The position numbers and the translations under genes are program-made. From positions 1-14,611 of the forward strand of contig CAYLZE010000121.1 of NCBI GenBank assembly GCA_964388035.1: a stretch of 14,611 bases of DNA. The letters are read 5' to 3'. Shown here one piece after another: positions 7,606 to 14,611 of this stretch. The stretch's first letter is position 1, and each line of letters starts with the position of its first letter. The notes under the pieces are model-generated. The model had not been told where the DNA came from and ran no database searches. It worked only from the letters and a program-made list of their open reading frames with translations. The DNA comes from an uncultured archaeon (GTDB taxonomy: Archaea; Asgardarchaeota; Lokiarchaeia; Sigyniarchaeales; SOKP01).

Positions 7606-8367
7606 ATGCAACTCCAAGATTTGTCCACATTAGATATATTGGAAGGATTTATGAGTCTGAGCTACGTTATCATCACACTTATAATGGCAATAAAAGTTCT
7701 ATGGAAATATAAAACGACCAAAGACAAAGTATTTATTACTGTTGGGGGAGCTCTTCTATTTTTAAGTTCTGGTTTATGGGGGCTTACTTTTTCATTCTTA
7801 TCCATTCTCCTAATTAACCAACCCCTTAGCAGATCTACTTATTTATCTCTTAATACTGTCTTTGGTTCAGCGGCTATACTTTGTTGGATGTATTCCTTTA
7901 GTGAGTTATGTTATCCCGATTTAAAAAAGAAAATTCTCTCATTCTACTTAAGTATTTGTGGAGTATATGAAGTTTTTCTAATTTCTTTTCTCATTGTTGA
8001 ACCGACTATTATCGGAACAGTAACTGGACCCCTTAATCAAGAATTGACGATATATCCTATTATATTTTCTATATTCTTATTACTTTCAACATTAATCTCA
8101 GGAATTCTTTTTGTTCGTGAATCCTTAAAAGCTGAAAAGAAAAGCATACAGATAAAGGGTAGATTTTTATTATTAGCATTTCTTTCCTTTACATTTGGCG
8201 AGATTCTTGATACTATATTACCTAAAGAAGCAGTAGTTATCATTATTGTCAGATTGATCATCATATCTAGTGTTTTTGAATATTATTTGGGCTTTTTCCT
8301 TCCAAAGTGGCTTGAAATAGCATTGATAAAAGAACAAGTTAGAATGGTACAGGAAATAGCAAAATAA
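7606..8367 (+). CDS. Uncharacterised seven-transmembrane protein (253 aa)
   Basis: Seven hydrophobic segments with basic loops (KYKTTKDK, LKKK, KAEKKSIQIKGR); ends in YYLGFFLPKWL plus a short tail; no cytoplasmic effector domain. Confidence 0.85.
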   Translation: MQLQDLSTLDILEGFMSLSYVIITLIMAIKVLWKYKTTKDKVFITVGGALLFLSSGLWGLTFSFLSILLINQPLSRSTYLSLNTVFGSAAILCWMYSFSELCYPDLKKKILSFYLSICGVYEVFLISFLIVEPTIIGTVTGPLNQELTIYPIIFSIFLLLSTLISGILFVRESLKAEKKSIQIKGRFLLLAFLSFTFGEILDTILPKEAVVIIIVRLIIISSVFEYYLGFFLPKWLEIALIKEQVRMVQEIAK

Positions 8368-8390
8368 TCAATAAATCGCAACGTTTTCTA

Positions 8391-8398
8391 TTTTTTTT
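8391..8398 (+). terminator. Oligo-T terminator candidate after the 7TM gene
   Basis: T8 run 24 nt after the stop at 8367. Confidence 0.5.
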
Positions 8399-8974
8399 AA
8401 ATTTACATTGCAAATTTGGCAGATGCAAATTCCTTCATTTTAAATTTTATACATAATATATCAATGAAACTTTATCCTATTTATTTCAAATGAATTTGAA
8501 TATACATTTTTCCTTATTAGTAATATAGATCGAATAATACACGATTGTACTGGTCTTTCATTTTTTGGAAAGTTAAATAAATTTACAATCCTAATCAAGC
8601 TTGGAAAATATTATGATATGACTCGTTTAAAATATCAACCTGAATTGAGTTGAATGAGATTTAATGATTATGAGATAAATGGCTCCTTCTCTAATTTTAA
8701 AAAATAAAACTAAAAAAAGGTTGAATTGGATCGGAAATCGATTTAAAAGTAAATAAAATTTAAGAGAATAACGATATTTAGCGTCAATCCTTACTCTTGC
8801 TCTTGTAGCTTTGAATCGGCTTCCCCCCTCAACTTTGACGATTCTTTATTATTCAGAATTTTATAATTTTTGACTCTAATTGGTTAAAATAATTTATTAT
8901 TAAAAAATTATAGAATTTACATTTAATTTTTAGTAATAAATTCTATAATAATAGAATTGAACTTTTGTAATAAA

Positions 8975-9811
8975 ATGAATGGGATAGATCTTAGTGTAAC
9001 TGGATAAAAGACGAAAGAGTCAATCTTCAAGTACGATTGGAAGAATGCAATATTATATGCCTTGAATATCGGATCCACGCCTGATGAGCTTTCCTTTATT
9101 TATGAGCGCGCAATTGAGGGTCTAAAAGTATATCCCAGTTTCGCAACTATCGCCACTTTTACTTCACTTCCAAATCCCGATATTAGGGTTGAGATTTCAA
9201 GATATATTCATGGAGAACAGCTCATTCGAATCCATGCATTCCTCAAAAAGAAAGATAAAATTAATCGTGTTGGAGTAATTACAAAAATCTATGATAAAGG
9301 GAAAGGAGCGGTGGTTCATTCGCTTGTAACAGGTCATAATATGAAGGGAAATCACCTTTTTGATACAAAATGGATCCATTTTTATTTAGGAGGCGGCGAA
9401 TTCGGAGGCGAAAGGGGTCCAGAACCTGAAGTCATAATGCCACCCGAAGGAAAAGAGCCCGATTTCAGCATATCCTTTAAAACTCATGAGAATCAAGCCG
9501 CTCTTTATTGGCTTAAGGGAAATCTTAATCAGATTCACATTGATAAAAAGTTTGTTATTAGGGCGGGGCAAAAAAAGCCATTCTTACATGGTTTATGCAC
9601 GTACAGATTCGCCATAAGAGCCATAATACAAGGTGCATGTGAAGAGGAATTGAATCGCTCTAAAGAATTCAAGGCACGATTTTCTGAAGTTGTTTTTCTG
9701 GGAGAAATTCTAACTATCGAAGGTTGGAAAGTAAATAATCGGAAATATATCATTCAAGCAAAAACAAAAAGAGTTCCTGTACTAACTAATGCATATGCAT
9801 TAATTGATTGA
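8975..9811 (+). pseudogene. Double-hotdog enoyl-CoA hydratase 2 / MaoC-family gene, disrupted
   Basis: ATG at 8975 is in frame with the 9062 ORF and reads MNGIDLSVTG*KTKESIFKYDWKNAILYALNIG with TAA at 9005-9007. Family motifs IHGEQ, IYDKGKGA, GGGEFGG, LHGLCT and KARFS are present, but the catalytic motif is degenerate (YWLKGNLNQIH). Confidence 0.85.
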
Positions 9812-10006
9812 TTTTTATCCGTAAAAACTTGGTTTAGATAAAAAAGTAGAAATACAATAAATGTTTTTCAGAAAAAGAAGGGTATAAAACCGTTTTTCAT
9901 CCGATAATCTTGATAATTTTATTACATTTTCTTTCTTAAAAATAATTATATCTATAAAAACCTATTTAATTCAATTAGATTCCATCCTTTTAGAGAATTA
10001 ATAATA

Positions 10007-11284
10007 ATGCTAACTATTTTACTTGATTTATTTTCTCAAATTTCTCTCAAATGGATTGATGATTGTAAAGATATTACTCGTGCTGAAGAATATCAAGGAT
10101 TACTTCAGATTTTTCCAAATTTAAAGACCTTTTTTGAGGAGGGAAAAGGTAGAGATTCTTCTGAGTTCAATAGAACGCTAAGTCATATTTTTCGATGCCT
10201 TAAGATATTTTCTTTATTGAAAGAAGGGTCAGTAACCTTCCATAGTACACTTTCTCCAATTTCCCATGAAAAGTTAAAGCGAAAAATTGATGATTTATCC
10301 TATAAAAAGGAAAATTTACTGCCACTCGTCTTAATTTATCACGATATTGGAAGATTTTTCGATCGAAAAAACCATCCAAATGAAAGTTACCTTAAGCTTT
10401 CACAAAATAATTTACTTTCTCCATATCGGTTAAATGAAACTGAACAAATTATAATTTCCAAAGTCATACAATATCATTTATTATTCGCAGCAATTTATAC
10501 GGGAGAATCTACTTTTTACGGAATTCATTCTCTATTAAACGATGAGGAATTCCAAAAAATAAGGTTAAAAGAAGATTCTACCAATGAATTTGTAGATCTC
10601 TTGGAGGTTTTTACATATATTGATGTTTTGGGTTATCCATATGCTAACATTTATGATCATTATCTTGATTATTACGAACAAATAAATCAAATTTTAAAAG
10701 ATCTTCTAAATTCGCATCAACAAAAAGAAACCATTTTAAATTCTGCTCTCCAGATATCAGAAGATTGGATAGAGTGGCGGATATCAGGAGGATTGCGTAT
10801 TTTCCAATTTATTGGAACCAAACCTCATCTTACTCGCGATTTCTATTTTAATAAACTAGAAAATAGTATCAAACACGTGAAGCTTGATTATATAAAAAAT
10901 AAGGATTGGTTCGAACTCAAAAAGGAATACCTAATTTACTCGTGTAGAGTTCAAATAAAATATGGATTGGGCGTTCTCATTCTTTTGGCATTTGGTAATT
11001 TTATTAGAAAACCGATGGAGGAAAATCAAGATGTCTCCCCAAAATTGCTTCTCTTTTGGATTTTAATTTCAAAAGAAATAAAGGAGCGTTCAAAAGGACG
11101 GGAAAATTATCTTTGGAATATCTTTTTTACCGGATTACCACATTGGTCTGAATGGAATAAAAATATGATTGAAAAATTAAATGAAAAAAATATTAAATCC
11201 ATAATTGAAAATTGCACGGAAAAATTAAATGGAGCTAAAGAAGAAGTAGATCTTCATCTAAACTTTAAAATAATCACCATATAA
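10007..11284 (+). CDS. HD-domain metal-dependent phosphohydrolase with unknown C-terminal half (425 aa)
   Basis: H60 (TLSHIFR), H112-D113 (LIYHDIGR), H123 (NHPNES), H157 (VIQYHL), D206 (TYIDVLG) in HD-superfamily order and spacing. Confidence 0.8.
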   Translation: MLTILLDLFSQISLKWIDDCKDITRAEEYQGLLQIFPNLKTFFEEGKGRDSSEFNRTLSHIFRCLKIFSLLKEGSVTFHSTLSPISHEKLKRKIDDLSYKKENLLPLVLIYHDIGRFFDRKNHPNESYLKLSQNNLLSPYRLNETEQIIISKVIQYHLLFAAIYTGESTFYGIHSLLNDEEFQKIRLKEDSTNEFVDLLEVFTYIDVLGYPYANIYDHYLDYYEQINQILKDLLNSHQQKETILNSALQISEDWIEWRISGGLRIFQFIGTKPHLTRDFYFNKLENSIKHVKLDYIKNKDWFELKKEYLIYSCRVQIKYGLGVLILLAFGNFIRKPMEENQDVSPKLLLFWILISKEIKERSKGRENYLWNIFFTGLPHWSEWNKNMIEKLNEKNIKSIIENCTEKLNGAKEEVDLHLNFKIITI

Positions 11285-11308
11285 ATTAACTTCAAGCTAT
11301 TATCACCC

Positions 11309-11327
11309 TTCCTCATTAGTCGAGGAA
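11309..11327. terminator. Hairpin between convergent HD and GPH genes
   Basis: TTCCTC-N7-GAGGAA stem 25 nt after the HD stop, next to A-rich runs (T-rich on -). Confidence 0.3.
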
Positions 11328-11468
11328 AAGGAAAATAGAATAAAATAAAATCATACACCAATAGGTAAATTCGATCAAATTTCACTAAATATTTAATAAA
11401 GAGAAATAAAATCTTGATAAATTAAAAAAAAATCGAAATTTTTTTATAATCTTTCTTTAATTAAGTCA

Positions 11469-12911
11469 TTAAATTCCCAGTTTTTCTAATTCATTGTCGA
11501 TTTGTTTTTTCTTCTCAGGAGATAAATCATAAACTTTCCAAAAGATGATTGTAGAGATAATGACTAAAATAGCCGGTAGAAGCCCAAAATGTCCAATTAT
11601 TCCTATTCGTGCTGAAAAGGGTTGATTTCCCGCTCCTAATTCGGCATTAAAATTAGTTATTGTATGAATAACAGCAAAGATTAAGGTGGTGAAGATAAAT
11701 ACAAATCTTGCGAAAAATGTCCTTATTCCCAGATATACTCCAGATTGTCGTTGTTTAGTAATTAAGGTTAATTCATCGCTAACATCAGCAAATAATGGCC
11801 ATATTACGACATGCAAACCGCCATTTCCAATTCCAAATATGAAAAGTAAGATTATAAGAAAAACAATCAATGCATCGCCAGTTTCAATAACATATAATCC
11901 ATAGGGTAGGATCATAAATAAAGCTGAAGCACATACAATATTTGATATGATAGTTACAGGTTTTAATCCTTTTTTCTTTATAATCTTGGTCCAAATGGGA
12001 ATAAAAACAAATACCCCAAGAATCACTCCGAGTTGGAAGATTACTATCATATCTGAAGACTCTAGCATTATGTAACGCACGAAATAAGGAAGAGATGTTC
12101 CTGCTAAGGAACCCATGGCGATAAACACAAAATACATTATAATATATGCAATAAAATTTCTGGCAGTTAAACTCTGTTTTAAGGAAGTGAAAAAGGAAAG
12201 TCTTTCTTCCATCTGTTCTTTTCTTTTTTCGGCAGATTCCAAGTAAAATTTAGTTAATTCTGGATCATCTTTCACCCCTGGAATCCCTAACAACATGGTA
12301 ACAATACCTAATATTGCGAGAACAAGTCCCATGAAGCCATAGGAACCCCTATTACCGAAAGTGAATAAGAGAGGCGGCAGTACCCCCGAAATCACAACAC
12401 CGATATTCCTTGTAATGGCGCTAATTTGAGCATTAGAAACTCTTTCCTCATTAAGCTGAAACTTTTCAGGATATTCTCCAAAATAATTGACATAAAAAAT
12501 GGAAAAAAAAGTATCACCGATACACAGAAATACCACTAACCAAATAAATAAACCAAATTCTCCAAAATTCGGGGGACTATACACTAAAGAATAAAAAAGG
12601 AACATGGGAATTCCCGTTCCGATAATCCAAGGCATCCATTTCCCCAATTTTTTCGTGAATCTGAAGGTTCTATCTGTAAGATATCCTAATAACGGGTCAT
12701 TTATCGCATTCCAAAGAGCGAAGATAATCTGAGCCGCCAAAATATACCAAATACCTAAAAAGGTCTCTGTTTCGTAAAAGAAAATGTAGAGACTTAAAAA
12801 GCCGGATTGAACCAACTCCTGTGAAAAACCAATAGTATTGTAAGATAAAATATTCCATTTACTATGTCTTGTTTTGGGAATACCTTTCATTTGGGTTATA
12901 TTTTCACTCAT
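11469..12911 (-). CDS. GPH/MFS_2 family transporter, 480 aa
   Basis: WNAINDPLLGYLTD, TKKLGKWMPWI, EERV, ADVSDE...RQSGVYLG; about 12 TM segments. Confidence 0.95.
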   Translation of the reverse strand: MSENITQMKGIPKTRHSKWNILSYNTIGFSQELVQSGFLSLYIFFYETETFLGIWYILAAQIIFALWNAINDPLLGYLTDRTFRFTKKLGKWMPWIIGTGIPMFLFYSLVYSPPNFGEFGLFIWLVVFLCIGDTFFSIFYVNYFGEYPEKFQLNEERVSNAQISAITRNIGVVISGVLPPLLFTFGNRGSYGFMGLVLAILGIVTMLLGIPGVKDDPELTKFYLESAEKRKEQMEERLSFFTSLKQSLTARNFIAYIIMYFVFIAMGSLAGTSLPYFVRYIMLESSDMIVIFQLGVILGVFVFIPIWTKIIKKKGLKPVTIISNIVCASALFMILPYGLYVIETGDALIVFLIILLFIFGIGNGGLHVVIWPLFADVSDELTLITKQRQSGVYLGIRTFFARFVFIFTTLIFAVIHTITNFNAELGAGNQPFSARIGIIGHFGLLPAILVIISTIIFWKVYDLSPEKKKQIDNELEKLGI

Positions 12912-12958
12912 TTTTTTTCTAAATTTTGAATTGTTAATATTATAGTTCGTTAAGGATA

Positions 12959-12974
12959 TATTTAAAATTTTGTT
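12959..12974 (-). promoter_or_regulatory. Archaeal BRE/TATA candidate for 11469..12911
   Basis: Minus strand AACAAAAT-TTTAAATA about 48 nt upstream of the ATG; suggests transcription separate from the upstream paralogue. Confidence 0.45.
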
Positions 12975-13141
12975 AATTTTTAATACTATAATTTATATCC
13001 ATTTTTTATATATAATCTTTTGATAAGAATTATTATAGAGATTTAAAATTAGAGTGAGAGCTTAAATCTATTTAATAATGATAGGAGGATTCTATTCATT
13101 AGAACTTTGAATAACCATTTCAACTAAAACTCTTGATAAGT

Positions 13142-13157
13142 AAAAATAAAAAAAAAA
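13142..13157 (-). terminator. Oligo-T terminator candidate directly after 13158..14507
   Basis: A-rich tract on + (T10-A-T5 on -) immediately after the stop codon. Confidence 0.5.
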
Positions 13158-14507
13158 TTAAGATTGTATTTTTGCTCGTTCCTTTTCCCATTTAAAGTCA
13201 AGAGTTATGAATTTTTTTGTAAAGAGAAGGGCGATTAGAATTACAAAAGAACACCACACTCCCCAGAGAACATAACCCCAAGAGAAATCTTGTCCGGGTA
13301 CGTTTGGCAAACCTAATATAAAACCTGTAACGAATAAAGCAATGGCTTGGAAAATATTCAGCAGGATTTGGGGAAACCCTGCATAGAGCCCAGATTTCCG
13401 TCCTTCACCAAATTTAACCTCTGCATCTTCCGCAGTATCTGCCAGCCATATATATGGAAAGAGATAATAACCCCCGAGAAATGCTGCAATTCCTAAAATG
13501 AAGAGAATGGCAACGATTAATCCTACTCCACCAGGAATGAGTCCAATTAAAGAAAAGGGCAATATGATGATTCCTGTAATGAGGATAATTAAGAAAGTCT
13601 GTTTTTTCCCTTTTTTATCGATCAATTTCTTCCACATGAATAGGAATACCACAATACCCAATAGAAGTGCCACGGCAGCAATGTACATGTCCGTCCCTCC
13701 GAATTTTAATACTTCTGTAATGAATCCTATGGCTGTGGGTGTGATCATGCCGATTGCCAAAAATGCAATGGCTTGCAGCCAACAGACATTCATGAAATTC
13801 TTATCTTTTAATACTTTCCTTAGATCCTCCTTGAAATGCATTTCTGCTCCTTGAATTTTCTCTACGGGCAAGGCAAGAGCGCAAATGTAAAATAAAGCGA
13901 TGACTAATGCGCCAAAACATATGATTATTACCGTGAAAGCAGGATCAATTTGATTAGTTGCTTGAAAAGAGTTTATGATAGGTGGAAATACTATTAAAGT
14001 AAAAATGACCGCGATTCCCGTCCCAACAAAACTGAATAAATTTTGAAAAGCAGAAGCTTTGGGTCTTTCATTCACGATGAATTGTTCGGAGACCCATGAT
14101 TGATATGGTGTCGTTAATCCTCCATAGGACCATTGGAAGACTGCATCCCAGATAATAATCCAAACAAATAGAATTAAACTACCAGGATTTTGAAGAAATA
14201 ACATTGGTAAGAGGGCAAAAATGAAGGACATTCCCGTAAGTGGAGCATAAACAAACATGAAAGGTTTTCTACGTCCAAATTTAGTCTTAGTTTTGTCTGA
14301 TAGCCATCCCATAAAGAATTGTCCACCAGCAATGCTCAATTTGCCAATCGCAGTTCCTATACCACTTAAGATTGGAAGAAGGCCATATGCCGTAATATAA
14401 AGATAGAGAATTCCAAAGTCAATTATATCTAAAACGATTCCAGCACTAAATCTCGGGCTTCCATAAATGACAAATTTTTTAATTGAAGTTTGGTTTGTTG
14501 AATTCAT
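13158..14507 (-). CDS. Divergent GPH/MFS_2 family transporter, 449 aa
   Basis: GWLSDKTKTKFGRRKPF, TPYQSW...ERPKASA, LADTAED...RKSGLYAG; about 12 TM segments; lacks the DxxNDP helix-II motif. Confidence 0.92.
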   Translation of the reverse strand: MNSTNQTSIKKFVIYGSPRFSAGIVLDIIDFGILYLYITAYGLLPILSGIGTAIGKLSIAGGQFFMGWLSDKTKTKFGRRKPFMFVYAPLTGMSFIFALLPMLFLQNPGSLILFVWIIIWDAVFQWSYGGLTTPYQSWVSEQFIVNERPKASAFQNLFSFVGTGIAVIFTLIVFPPIINSFQATNQIDPAFTVIIICFGALVIALFYICALALPVEKIQGAEMHFKEDLRKVLKDKNFMNVCWLQAIAFLAIGMITPTAIGFITEVLKFGGTDMYIAAVALLLGIVVFLFMWKKLIDKKGKKQTFLIILITGIIILPFSLIGLIPGGVGLIVAILFILGIAAFLGGYYLFPYIWLADTAEDAEVKFGEGRKSGLYAGFPQILLNIFQAIALFVTGFILGLPNVPGQDFSWGYVLWGVWCSFVILIALLFTKKFITLDFKWEKERAKIQS

Positions 14508-14611
14508 TATAATACAATTATAATTTTAGTTTTGATTCTATAAAAAGTTCATGTTTTAATTGAGTGTATTTTTGATTTTTTCCTTTTGACTGAAATTTAA
14601 AAATCATTTAT

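Noticed and set aside
7606-8367. 7TM protein as a rhodopsin or true GPCR
   Set aside because: No Schiff-base Lys in TM7 and no DRY/NPxxY-type motifs.
8464-8653. 61-codon open frame (8468-8650) that a one-base deletion would join to ATG 8464
   Set aside because: No recognisable protein features; frames of this length can occur by chance across the spacers.
8805-8828. Minus-strand GGGAAGCCGATTCAAAG resembling the cobalamin riboswitch GGGAA/T-loop segment
   Set aside because: The complementary CGGC strand, B12 box and any downstream cobalamin gene are missing.
9005-9007. In-frame stop in maoC as recoding (Sec/Pyl or alternative code)
   Set aside because: It is TAA, not TGA/TAG; TAA terminates most other genes here; catalytic motif decay supports a pseudogene.
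8037-13854. Short antisense ORFs at 8037, 9197, 9386, 9535, 11686 and 13498
   Set aside because: All fully overlap longer supported genes on the opposite strand; no independent evidence.
1-14611. CRISPR array, tRNA/rRNA, IS element or SECIS-linked selenoprotein
   Set aside because: No regularly spaced repeats, cloverleaf, transposase or convincing in-frame TGA in a conserved protein was seen by manual reading.

Overview
AT-rich (roughly 30% GC by eye) prokaryotic chromosomal region. Archaeal-type promoters (purine-rich BRE + TTTAAATA), oligo-T terminators, A-rich leaders without obvious Shine-Dalgarno sites and the gene families present suggest an archaeon, plausibly Asgard/Lokiarchaeia (inference). 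Ten genes are supported: a TetR regulator, a C45-type Cys-nucleophile Ntn hydrolase, three divergent GPH (MelB/MFS_2) transporters, an EamA/DMT transporter, an orphan ParB-like CTPase with an HTH and a six-cysteine C-terminal domain, a stand-alone 7TM protein, a decaying hydratase-2/MaoC pseudogene and a stand-alone HD-domain protein. No rRNA, tRNA, CRISPR array, transposase or integrase was recognised. The most notable signals are: the ParB-HTH-Cys6 protein with palindromes over its own promoter; graded loss of the cation site across the three GPH paralogues; the cryptic maoC pseudogene; a 60-bp GC island that may be a small RNA; and a possible acyl-amide/lipid scavenging theme.
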